From the NCBI RefSeq assembly GCF_001306055.1, contig NZ_LGHJ01000022.1:1-32000 (forward strand): 32,000 nucleotides of DNA, in the 5' to 3' direction. Positions 1-7,716 of this stretch are shown one piece after another. A model generated the notes under the pieces. That model had not been told where the DNA came from. It made no database searches and saw only the letters and a program-made list of their open reading frames with translations. Position 1 is the stretch's first letter. Each line of letters opens with the position of its first letter. The translations under genes and the position numbers were made by a program. This DNA comes from Bellilinea caldifistulae. GTDB taxonomy: Bacteria > Chloroflexota > Anaerolineae > Anaerolineales > Anaerolineaceae.

Positions 1-75
1 ATGATCCTTTGCCGGTTTCTTCGAAACGCTGCTTTTCCATCCCGCTGATCTCCAAAGTGGTTTGGTTCGATTGTA

Positions 76-204
76 TTAAGGTTTTCCCCTTTTCGTCAAT
101 CCCAGTTGTTTGTTTTTCAACAATCTCCCGGGGAAACGTTTGACGATGCCCTCCATGCGCATTTCTTTTATTCGTTTGTGACCGGTGGGGAGTAAATCGC
201 TCAT
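76..204 (-). pseudogene. possible truncated remnant of a CUT2-type ABC-transporter ATPase N-terminus (42 codons, then stop)
   Basis: Hand translation of the minus strand from ATG at 204 gives MSDLLPTGHKRIKEMRMEGIVKRFPGRLLKNKQLGLTKRGKP*. The stretch MEGIVKRFPG...KRG resembles the first strands of sugar/nucleoside ABC ATPases. The frame stops (TAA, 76-78) exactly where Walker A should begin. No GxxGxGKS/T is present in any minus-strand frame down to position 1. Confidence 0.3.
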
Positions 205-222
205 AATTCACTTCCGATGAGT

Positions 223-252
223 GGGGTGGCTTGGGTTATCTCAAGCCACCCC
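223..252 (-). terminator. GC-rich hairpin downstream of the BMP-family binding-protein gene
   Basis: GGGGTGGCTTG (223-233) pairs perfectly with CAAGCCACCCC (242-252): 11-bp stem, 8-nt loop, 16 nt after the stop at 268-270. There is no U-tract on the minus strand (T-rich only on the plus side), so terminator function is uncertain. Confidence 0.35.
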
Positions 253-267
253 GTTTCAATCAAATTT

Positions 268-1296
268 TTATTGTTTAGGTCCGCTGAGCGGATCAATTGT
301 CCCGTTCATGATGCCATCAATGGTTTCCTGAGCTTTGGCTTTGATGTCATCCGGAACGGGGACTTTATCGTTATAAACCAGTTTCAGTCCACCGTTTTTG
401 AATGTCAGGGTGTAGGCTTTGCCGCCCAACACACCCGCCCGGACAGATTTAACCATGTCGCGAATGACAATCGTCCAATCAAAGACCTGAGTGGCAACAA
501 CGGTTTCTGGACCGACCGGTGTTTGTTCCCACTGGGTTCCGAACCAGTAAGCGCCTTTATCCTTGGCAACACCGATGGCGCCAACCACCGATTGGGAAGA
601 TCCGGTCAGCATATCGGCGCCGGCAGCAATGTGAGTTTCAGCAGCAGAAGCCATCAGGGATACATCCGAGAATGAGCCGGTGAATGTCACATTGACCTGA
701 ATGTCCGGCTTTGCGTTTTTAGCCCCGGCAACGAAACCATCCACAAACAACTTGGCATCACCAGCGTTCACCGGTCCGCAAACACCCAAAACACCGGTTT
801 TACTCATGAGCGCTGCAATTGTACCGAGGACATAACCGCCTTCCTGAGATTCGGCCTGGTAGGCATAGACATTATTAATGCCCTGAGCCTGGAAAGTATC
901 CAGTGAGGTACCCCACGCAAAGGCTGTTTCCGGGAAATCCGGTGCAATTTGGGACAGGGATGTGCCATATTGGGAACCATGGGCAATCACAAGGTCGTAT
1001 CCCTGGGCAGCGTAGTCTCGAATGGCCGCAGCGGCATCGGGAACATTGAACATGCCTTCCGAGTAGGCAATTTCAAATTTGGATGGTCCGCCTTCCTCTT
1101 CCTGAACTTTCTTGAGGGCTTCGAAGAAGGATTGGCTGAAGGCAAGGTCGGTGATCGTGCTGGGCATGACCACGGCCACGCGGAACGGCTTTTCCTCCTG
1201 GGCTGGCTGAGTGGGCGCCGCTGGCTGAGCGCAGGCGCTCAACAACAAGGACACAAGGGCAACCAGCAGAGCAATCCGCACAACAAATTTTTTCAT
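268..1296 (-). CDS. BMP-family (Med/PnrA/TmpC-like) ABC transporter substrate-binding lipoprotein
   Basis: ORF 268..1428 trimmed to ATG 1296, which follows GGAGGAG (1303-1309). The N-terminus MKKFVVRIALLVALVSLLLSAC is a signal peptide plus lipobox. The body (VAVVMPSTITDLAFSQS, GVCGPVNAGDAKLFVDGF) is typical of PF02608-type basic membrane lipoproteins. Confidence 0.9.
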   Translation of the reverse strand: MKKFVVRIALLVALVSLLLSACAQPAAPTQPAQEEKPFRVAVVMPSTITDLAFSQSFFEALKKVQEEEGGPSKFEIAYSEGMFNVPDAAAAIRDYAAQGYDLVIAHGSQYGTSLSQIAPDFPETAFAWGTSLDTFQAQGINNVYAYQAESQEGGYVLGTIAALMSKTGVLGVCGPVNAGDAKLFVDGFVAGAKNAKPDIQVNVTFTGSFSDVSLMASAAETHIAAGADMLTGSSQSVVGAIGVAKDKGAYWFGTQWEQTPVGPETVVATQVFDWTIVIRDMVKSVRAGVLGGKAYTLTFKNGGLKLVYNDKVPVPDDIKAKAQETIDGIMNGTIDPLSGPKQ

Positions 1297-1417
1297 TTTG
1301 TACTCCTCCAAAAAAATAGGGAAATGGGTGAAAAATATACGCGGCAACAGCCTTTGTGTGAATAAGGGTAACTTTTGCGAGATCACCTCCTCTTTTAATT
1401 CAGAAAATTTCATTGGG

Positions 1418-2350
1418 TTAATTTTCACCGCGCTCGAAGGGTTTGGTAAGCGCCTGCGGCTGGCGGGCGCGTCTACCTGAAAACGTTAATGCAATGATTG
1501 TGAGAATGTACGGCATCATAACAGCAATATCAGATGGGATGTTGATCCCCTTTACCTGAACCCATAACTGTAAAGCATTTACAAAGCTGAACAATAATGC
1601 TCCGCCCATTACCCCCCATGGCCGCCACCCGCCAAAATAAACCAGTGCAACGGCGATGAAACCCATACCGCTGGTCATGTTCTCCTGAAACAAGTTGATC
1701 AAGGCAAGGGATAGAGATGCCCCAGCGATGCCCGCAAGGATGCCTCCAAGGCAGACGGTGGTGTAGCGTATGAGAGTGACATTGACACCCAGTGTGTCGG
1801 CTGCCTGAGGGTTTTGACCGACAGCGCGAACTTTCAAGCCAAAGGTGGTTTTATTCAATACGAAGTTAGCTAAAGGAACCAGCAGAAATGCACCATAAAC
1901 CAGTAAATTATGATTGAAAAAGATATCCCCAAGATATGGGATTTGGCCCAATAACGGAATGCGGATGGGTTGAAAACCGCGAATTGACTCAACCCCCCCA
2001 AGGGTGACTTTGAATAGCAGTGTGGAAAGACCCAAACCAAACAAATTCAGGCCGATTCCACTGATTCCCTGTTCAGCCTGTAAAGTAACACTGACCACGG
2101 ACATCAATAAACCCATTAAGAAACCGGCCACCGCTGCGCCTAATAAACCCCAAAAAAGGTTGCCGGTTTTCATCGCAATGTAAAAGCCAGTATATGCCCC
2201 CATCAGCATGATTCCATCCACCCCAAGATTGAGGACTCCAGATCTTTGGGCAAAAGTTTCGCCGATGGCGGCGTACAGATACGGTGTGGCTAATCGGATA
2301 CCGGAATATAAGATGCCTAATAAGACGGGCAGGGTGAACAGTTCAGCCAC
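1418..2350 (-). CDS. ABC transporter permease (BMP/nucleoside-type, YufQ/NupQ-like)
   Basis: 310-aa polytopic membrane ORF. GTG start at 2350 overlaps the upstream permease stop by 8 nt. Glycine-rich TM helices are typical of the branched-chain/ribose-type permease family that partners with BMP lipoproteins. Confidence 0.9.
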   Translation of the reverse strand: MAELFTLPVLLGILYSGIRLATPYLYAAIGETFAQRSGVLNLGVDGIMLMGAYTGFYIAMKTGNLFWGLLGAAVAGFLMGLLMSVVSVTLQAEQGISGIGLNLFGLGLSTLLFKVTLGGVESIRGFQPIRIPLLGQIPYLGDIFFNHNLLVYGAFLLVPLANFVLNKTTFGLKVRAVGQNPQAADTLGVNVTLIRYTTVCLGGILAGIAGASLSLALINLFQENMTSGMGFIAVALVYFGGWRPWGVMGGALLFSFVNALQLWVQVKGINIPSDIAVMMPYILTIIALTFSGRRARQPQALTKPFERGEN

Positions 2351-3422
2351 GAGTTTCCCTCCTGCGGGCGCGGCGGCGAGCCCAGATTTCGCTGCTGACT
2401 ACAAAAAGGACGACCAATCCTAAAATCACGGTGATAAGCGCTGAGGGTACCTGGGTAACCCGTTGCATGCGATCTGCACCGACAAGCAGCCCGCCGAAAA
2501 GAACCGATGCAGGTACGGCACCCAAAGGATGCAATTTGCCAAAGAGGGCCGCCACAATACCGGAAAAACCATACCCACCGGAAAGTCCTTCTATCATGCG
2601 GTGATGAACACCGGTGACCTCCACTCCTCCGGCTAAACCGGCAAATGCACCGCCGAGGATCAGAGAAAGCGCTTGATAAAACTGAACCGGAATACCGGCA
2701 TAACGAGCCGCATCCGGGTTCAAACCAACTGCCCGGATGCGGTAACCAATCGTCGTGCGCCAGAGAAAGATGTATACCAGCACCGCCATGATCAAGGCCA
2801 GGATGGCGCCGCTGTGCAGTAATGTGCGCGGCATCAAGCGGGACAGCCAGGCTGCCTGGGGCAGCAAATCGGATTGGGCGATTTGAGTACCGCGTTCAAT
2901 TTCAGCCGGGTCAATCATCGGGCCGCGTAACAAATAATTAGAAAGTTGCAACGCAATTGCGTTCATCATCACTGTGCTCAAGATCTCATTGACCCCCAAC
3001 CGAGCCTTGAGAATGCCGGGAACGCCACCCCAAACCGCCCCGCTCAATGCTGCCATCAGCAGGGTGAGTGGCAAGAGGATGATGCGCGGCAAGTCTGAAA
3101 ATCCAATCGAAAAGGCAGTTGCTGCCAGCGCGCCGACAATCAACTGCCCTTCGCCCCCGATGTTGATCACCCCCCCGCGAAAGGCGATGGTAACCCCCAA
3201 CCCAACCAGAAGCAGGGGAGTTGCTTTGACAAGGGATTGAGTAAGTCCGGAGACATTGCCAAAAGCGCCTTGAAAGAGTGTTCCATACGCTTGCAGGGGG
3301 TTAACCCCTAAGGCGTAAATCATTGCTGCTCCGATGAGGAGAGCAACCGGCACGGCCAGAAGGGGGAGGAGCGCCTCAATGGTACGATTGAAAAGTCGAG
3401 AGTATTCAGTTTTGGATGGCAT
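2343..3422 (-). CDS. ABC transporter permease (BMP/nucleoside-type, YufP/NupP-like)
   Basis: ORF 2343..3476. I prefer ATG 3422 (MPSKTEYSRLF...) because it has GGAAAGGG upstream and the candidate promoter would leave only ~9 nt before ATG 3476. The longer start cannot be excluded. Polytopic membrane protein. Confidence 0.85.
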   Translation of the reverse strand: MPSKTEYSRLFNRTIEALLPLLAVPVALLIGAAMIYALGVNPLQAYGTLFQGAFGNVSGLTQSLVKATPLLLVGLGVTIAFRGGVINIGGEGQLIVGALAATAFSIGFSDLPRIILLPLTLLMAALSGAVWGGVPGILKARLGVNEILSTVMMNAIALQLSNYLLRGPMIDPAEIERGTQIAQSDLLPQAAWLSRLMPRTLLHSGAILALIMAVLVYIFLWRTTIGYRIRAVGLNPDAARYAGIPVQFYQALSLILGGAFAGLAGGVEVTGVHHRMIEGLSGGYGFSGIVAALFGKLHPLGAVPASVLFGGLLVGADRMQRVTQVPSALITVILGLVVLFVVSSEIWARRRARRRETRG

Positions 3423-3491
3423 CGAGGGGATAACCCTTTCCTGAGGGCGGGTTAGAGGTGGAGAGATGTCATACAACCTTCATTAGAATTC

Positions 3492-3520
3492 AGTATAGCA
3501 AAAAACAATCCTACTTCCAA
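3492..3520 (-). promoter_or_regulatory. candidate sigma-70-type promoter of the ABC permease operon
   Basis: Minus strand: TTGGAA (3520-3515), 17 nt, TATACT (3497-3492). Confidence 0.35.
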
Positions 3521-3547
3521 ATTATATTTGTCACGAATTTTGAAATT

Positions 3548-4519
3548 TTAAGGTTTTTGTTCGAGAACATTTTTGAATAAATGGTCAATTTGGTTCTTGA
3601 AACGATCGAAATCTGTTTCGGTCAGCAGGGGTAGCAAGAATTCATCGCTGATCTGGTAGGGGGAAAGCAGGCGCTTGAGATATTTACGGAATAAAATCAA
3701 TCCCAGTTCGATCCCATGAAACTGGATCATTTCCTCAAGATGAGCGTCTATCCAGATTTTGACCTCTCGGTGAGAAACTTCCTCGCGGTCTTTATAACTG
3801 AAAATCCATGGGTTGAATAAAGCCGCCCGTCCAATCATCACGCCGTCACAACGGGTATGAGCTTGTATTCGCTGAATATCTGTAACGGTTTGCACATCTC
3901 CATTGGCGATTACCGGAATGCGTAGCACGGATTTGATTTCTGCAATGGCATCCCAATCTGCCCGACCAGTATACCCCTGAGCCTTCGTGCGGCCATGAAC
4001 GGCGATCAATTGAGCCCCGCAATCTTCAACAATCCTGGCAATCTCCAGATAGTTGCGGTTGTGGTCATCCCAGCCAAGCCTGATTTTTGCAGTTACCGGT
4101 ACGGGTAAGTTCTTCACCAGATTTTGAATGATCGCCGCTACTTTGTGAGGTTGGGGCAATAAACCTGCACCTGCTCCACGGCCGGCAACATGATGAGCGG
4201 AGCATCCCATATTGAGATCAATAATATCGGGTTGAAAGGGGATCAATTGACGGGCAGCATCGAGAATGCGATCGGGATCATCATCGAAAATCTGAAAAAC
4301 TACCGGTCGTTCAGACTCGTAGTAGGAAATTTTCTTGTGGACGCGCTGAATCCCGGATAGCACATCTATGGCATTAATGAACTCTGTGTAGGACATGGCT
4401 GAACCTGATTTTCGTACCAGCGAACGGAAAGGACGCTCCGAAAGACCATCCATCGGAGAAAGGATGAGATTACCAAAAACCGGTATGTTCCCGACAAAAA
4501 ATGCTGTCTGAGAGTTCAC
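3548..4519 (-). CDS. dus: tRNA-dihydrouridine synthase (Dus family, FMN-dependent TIM barrel)
   Basis: 323 aa with a GTG start. Dus hallmarks: LSPMDGLSERPFRSL near the N-terminus, DLNMGCS (catalytic Cys region), GAGAGLL, ITAKIRLGWD, IAVHGRT, PVIANGD. Confidence 0.9.
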   Translation of the reverse strand: MNSQTAFFVGNIPVFGNLILSPMDGLSERPFRSLVRKSGSAMSYTEFINAIDVLSGIQRVHKKISYYESERPVVFQIFDDDPDRILDAARQLIPFQPDIIDLNMGCSAHHVAGRGAGAGLLPQPHKVAAIIQNLVKNLPVPVTAKIRLGWDDHNRNYLEIARIVEDCGAQLIAVHGRTKAQGYTGRADWDAIAEIKSVLRIPVIANGDVQTVTDIQRIQAHTRCDGVMIGRAALFNPWIFSYKDREEVSHREVKIWIDAHLEEMIQFHGIELGLILFRKYLKRLLSPYQISDEFLLPLLTETDFDRFKNQIDHLFKNVLEQKP

Positions 4520-4583
4520 TGTTTTACCCGGAATAAGCGAATTTTTTTCGTGATTTGTTGTATGATGGTGTGTGGAGGAAAGA

Positions 4584-4988
4584 TTGTACCAAATTACGGA
4601 GCAATGTGTTGGTTGCGGGGTATGCAGAATGTGGTGTCCGGTTGGGGCAATTCAAGGCCGGAAGAAAAAACGCCACATTATTTTGCAAAATTGTAATTCG
4701 TGCGGGGCGTGTGGTCGAGTATGTGGTTTTGGAGCTGTTGTGGATAACTTGGGGAAACCTGCTGCCAGAATCGCCATGAGCAAATGGTTCAAACCCGGCT
4801 GGGATTACTTAAGATGTAATGGCTGCGGTGAATGTCGGAGGGTTTGCCCAATGAAGTGCATTGAAATGAATTTAATGGATGAAAGTCAGCATATCTATCC
4901 TTTTCTCGCCAGACCAACGTTGTGTATAGGCTGCCAGTTCTGCCTGAATCATTGTGAAGCTGGAGCGATCCATCCTCTTCAAATCTGA
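4584..4988 (+). CDS. 4Fe-4S ferredoxin-domain protein with four CxxCxxCxxxC motifs (polyferredoxin-like)
   Basis: The four motifs are CVGCGVCRMWCP, CNSCGACGRVC, CNGCGECRRVCP and CIGCQFCLNHC. The track start at 4572 is GTG. In-frame TTG 4584 sits 5 nt after GGAGG (4574-4578) and gives MYQITEQCVGCG. Either start is possible. Confidence 0.8.
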   Translation: MYQITEQCVGCGVCRMWCPVGAIQGRKKKRHIILQNCNSCGACGRVCGFGAVVDNLGKPAARIAMSKWFKPGWDYLRCNGCGECRRVCPMKCIEMNLMDESQHIYPFLARPTLCIGCQFCLNHCEAGAIHPLQI

Positions 4989-5019
4989 TCTGAGGACGAA
5001 AGGTGTTAAAATCAGTGTA

Positions 5020-6786
5020 ATGATTACGCAAGGATTTGACATGGATTTTCCCGCTTTGAGTGACTTTCATAATATTCTTGATATTTCCATTGTTCCATTT
5101 ACATCTCGCGGGTCGAGGTTGAGTGTCGTAGCCGAAGAAAGGGGTATCAGCTTGCGATTGACCGACCGGTTGCGCTCGCAAGATATTGCTTCGAGAATCG
5201 GGCAAAATTTACCCGCTTTGATCGAAGAGATGAGCTTTTTAGATGGGGATGGAAATGCCCTGGAATACACCATTGAAACTTATCCGCATTGTCTGATTTT
5301 TGAAACCAGAATCGGCAAGTATTATCTGACGTTTGAGGATGGGGAAAATATCCTGATTGCGCCGCCTGCTGAACCTTGTGGGCTAAGCGGAAAAATCAAC
5401 CTGAATGAGTTATCAACCGACCGGCGAGGTGGAATTGCTGTTGCCCAGGGGGAAGATCGCACCCGGCTGGTTTACTCAACCAATCGGAAGATACTCCAGC
5501 ATCAAATAGAAAAATTACCCGGCTTTGGCTGGAAATTTAAATTGATTGTGGACGGCGGTAACTGCGGCGGTGTGTTATTGCATGTTTCGACCCGGCTGGG
5601 TGCAGCTCGATACGTCAATGATCCAAAGATTGTCCTCAACCGCTCGGCTCAATTCTGGCAGGATTGGTTTTCCCGAATCCCGAAGATTGGTGCACCGGAT
5701 AATCATTATAAAACTGCCTGGTGTTTGTTACGCTCCGGGTTGGTTTCAACCCGATTTTACTTAAGCCGGGAAGTCCTGGTTTCTTCAAAAAAGCACTCGA
5801 CGACAATCTGGCAATGGGACGCCTGTTTTTATGCCATGGCGTACCGTCACATTGATCGAAAGCTAGCCCAGGATCAATTACGGATATTTTTTGATCATCA
5901 ATCTCCCAGTGGAATGATACCTGACGGTGTTTATGAGAGCGGTGTGATCCTCAAACGGGAACAAGCCACCGAGGTTGATTGGTCGCGCCCGCCACTTCTG
6001 GGTTGGACGATTTGGAAACTCTTTGAGCGAGATGGAGATGTTGAATTCCTCAATGAAATTTATGATGGTTTGTCTCGTTGGTTGAAGTGGTGGCTCGATT
6101 TATATGATCATGGCCTGAGCCTTACTTCCTCCACAAGTCATTCCCTTTTTGCGGAGGATATGGATGATCCGGTAATTTTGGAAGAGATGCCGGGCAACAT
6201 TTCACCTGAGATGAGCGTTTTTCTTTATCTTCAACTGGACTGCATGGCAAAAATCTCCGACGCTGTGAACGAACCTGCGGATGCAGAATTTTGGAGATGC
6301 CAGGCTGAGCGGGTGCTGTCACAGGTGCGGAGTGAGGATGAAGCCGGAAAAGGCGGCCTTTTCTGGATGCAGCAACAAGGAAGGCCGGTCTGCGTGCCAA
6401 CTCCGCTGAGTTTAATTGGGTTGTTGTGCGGGGATTGCGAAGCAGATGTTACGAAAAAAATGGTTGATCACTTATCTGATGAGGATGGAGTTTGGAAAAA
6501 CTTTCCCCTGCCGACAATCCTCATTGAAAATGATGACTTGGAAAATCAGAAATTATGGCGCAGTCCCGAATGGATGGGTGTATTGTATCTGCTACTGGAA
6601 GGTTTGGAGCGGTGTAACCTGACGCATATCGGCAATCACCTCTGCCGGCAATTGCTGGAATTACTTAGACACCGTTTTTCCAATGGCCAAAAAATTACCC
6701 ACGCCCCAATTTATGGTTGGGCTGCAGCGTTATATATCGAATTGGCAGTTCGGGCAGCTCAGGCTGATACTTCAGGGCTTACTTGA
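5020..6786 (+). CDS. (alpha/alpha)6-barrel glycoside hydrolase, GH63-like (mannosyl-/glucosylglycerate hydrolase or processing-glucosidase-like)
   Basis: ORF 4954..6786 would overlap the ferredoxin gene, so ATG 5020 (or 5041) is the more likely start. Motifs WQWDACFYAMAY, SGMIPDG and RPPLLGWTIWKLFE are typical of six-hairpin glycosidases (GH63/GH37/GH15 clan). The exact family is not verifiable here. Confidence 0.75.
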   Translation: MITQGFDMDFPALSDFHNILDISIVPFTSRGSRLSVVAEERGISLRLTDRLRSQDIASRIGQNLPALIEEMSFLDGDGNALEYTIETYPHCLIFETRIGKYYLTFEDGENILIAPPAEPCGLSGKINLNELSTDRRGGIAVAQGEDRTRLVYSTNRKILQHQIEKLPGFGWKFKLIVDGGNCGGVLLHVSTRLGAARYVNDPKIVLNRSAQFWQDWFSRIPKIGAPDNHYKTAWCLLRSGLVSTRFYLSREVLVSSKKHSTTIWQWDACFYAMAYRHIDRKLAQDQLRIFFDHQSPSGMIPDGVYESGVILKREQATEVDWSRPPLLGWTIWKLFERDGDVEFLNEIYDGLSRWLKWWLDLYDHGLSLTSSTSHSLFAEDMDDPVILEEMPGNISPEMSVFLYLQLDCMAKISDAVNEPADAEFWRCQAERVLSQVRSEDEAGKGGLFWMQQQGRPVCVPTPLSLIGLLCGDCEADVTKKMVDHLSDEDGVWKNFPLPTILIENDDLENQKLWRSPEWMGVLYLLLEGLERCNLTHIGNHLCRQLLELLRHRFSNGQKITHAPIYGWAAALYIELAVRAAQADTSGLT

Positions 6787-7606
6787 TCTGACATTTGTGA
6801 CAATCCAGTTGATCGCCGATTGGATCGGGCGTGGGAGTGAGCCGCAAATCGCTATAACCCGCTTCGATCATCCATCGGCATAGAATTGGTCCCCCGTGAC
6901 GATCCAGACTGGGTCCACCGAAGCCCGGCGGTAAACCGGAATAACCCCTGAAATATCCATAATCACCAGTTAATTGTTCCTGGGCTGCTCTGGACAACTG
7001 CTGGTCTCCGATGGCAATGGCGTGAATATGAATTGGAGAACCGGGATAAAGTTCATCCAAATCTCTCAACCAGGCGGCAAATCCGGCAACACGCAAGGCG
7101 TGAATCAACAGCGGAATCTCATCCCAAAGGATTGTATAAGTTCCTTCCCTCATGACAGAGAGATCAACAGCACCGCCACCCGCATGGGTTCCAAAACTGG
7201 CATCCACCTGTTGAGTGTAAGACCCCTGGGTGATGGCATCCCCAAGAATATCAATTTCACCCTGATACAGCTGGGCAGCAGTGCGGAGCATGGAGTAGGT
7301 GCGCTGGTTCAGTAAAACTCCATTGAAGGTCAGAATGGTGTAATCCTCGTCGGGTTTCTGGCAGCCTGCTGGTTCAAGATTGTTAAGGGGAGTCAGAGTT
7401 TGTGATGGCAGGGTGGATTCGGTAGGGGATATCGTGGATGAGGGAATGGGCGTATCGGTGAAAAGGGTTGGGGACGGGCTGGAGTAGTTGGCCTCCAAAG
7501 ATGATGCAGGCGATGATAGCGCCGGGGCGGGGTTTGAACAACCTGACAGAAAAATCAGGATAAATTGAATAAAACAGGAAATTCGAGTTGGTCTGGAAGA
7601 CATCAT
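6779..7606 (-). CDS. secreted lipoprotein with Pro/Ser/Thr-rich linker and a LAS-type zinc peptidase domain (peptidase M15 / D-Ala-D-Ala carboxypeptidase-like)
   Basis: The N-terminus MMSSRPTRISCFIQFILIFLSGC carries an LSGC lipobox, followed by a low-complexity S/P/T linker. The C-terminal domain carries HAGGGAVD (H-x6-D) and HIH (H-x-H), the LAS zinc-ligand pattern. The 3' end overlaps the convergent GH gene by 8 nt. Confidence 0.7.
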   Translation of the reverse strand: MMSSRPTRISCFIQFILIFLSGCSNPAPALSSPASSLEANYSSPSPTLFTDTPIPSSTISPTESTLPSQTLTPLNNLEPAGCQKPDEDYTILTFNGVLLNQRTYSMLRTAAQLYQGEIDILGDAITQGSYTQQVDASFGTHAGGGAVDLSVMREGTYTILWDEIPLLIHALRVAGFAAWLRDLDELYPGSPIHIHAIAIGDQQLSRAAQEQLTGDYGYFRGYSGLPPGFGGPSLDRHGGPILCRWMIEAGYSDLRLTPTPDPIGDQLDCHKCQIK

Positions 7607-7629
7607 AAAGGGGTGGATCTGGAATTTTG

Positions 7630-7650
7630 TTGATTAATCTGATTAATCAA
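7630..7650. promoter_or_regulatory. perfect 21-bp palindrome TTGATTAATC-T-GATTAATCAA (candidate operator)
   Basis: The 10-bp arms are exact reverse complements with a 1-nt spacer. It lies 24-44 nt upstream of the peptidase ATG (7606) and directly downstream of the argH-unit terminator. Confidence 0.3.
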
Positions 7651-7686
7651 AAAGCGCAGAGCAATCTGTTGGATCCACTCCGCGCC
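7649..7686 (-). terminator. intrinsic terminator closing the argG-argH-small ORF unit
   Basis: Minus strand: GCGCGGAG (7686-7679) pairs with CTCTGCGC (7661-7654), 8 bp including one G-U. The loop contains the palindrome TGGATCCA. TTTTT follows (7653-7649). Confidence 0.5.
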
Positions 7687-7716
7687 CGTCATGAATAAAT
7701 AGGAAAATTCGATGAA

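Noticed and set aside
1-40. Possible minus-strand gene start (GGAGA-8 nt-ATG at 40, MEKQRFEETGKGS...) leaving the window
   Set aside because: Only 13 codons are visible, too little to call a CDS. It is mentioned only in the ATPase-remnant finding.
1297-1428. N-terminal 44-codon extension of the BMP lipoprotein ORF (track start 1428)
   Set aside because: The extension is not signal-peptide-like and overlaps the upstream permease stop. ATG 1296 has a strong GGAGGAG and yields a textbook lipoprotein signal.
217-1480. Plus-strand ORFs 217-675, 949-1365 and 1298-1480, and minus ORF 804-986
   Set aside because: These are antisense or alternative-frame shadows of the well-supported BMP lipoprotein gene. 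The translations are low-complexity, with no motifs or RBS.
4555-5273. ORFs 4555-4779 (+), 4789-5205 (-) and 5067-5273 (-)
   Set aside because: They overlap the ferredoxin and glycosidase genes in other frames or on the other strand. The cysteine-motif frame and the GH frame are clearly the real ones.
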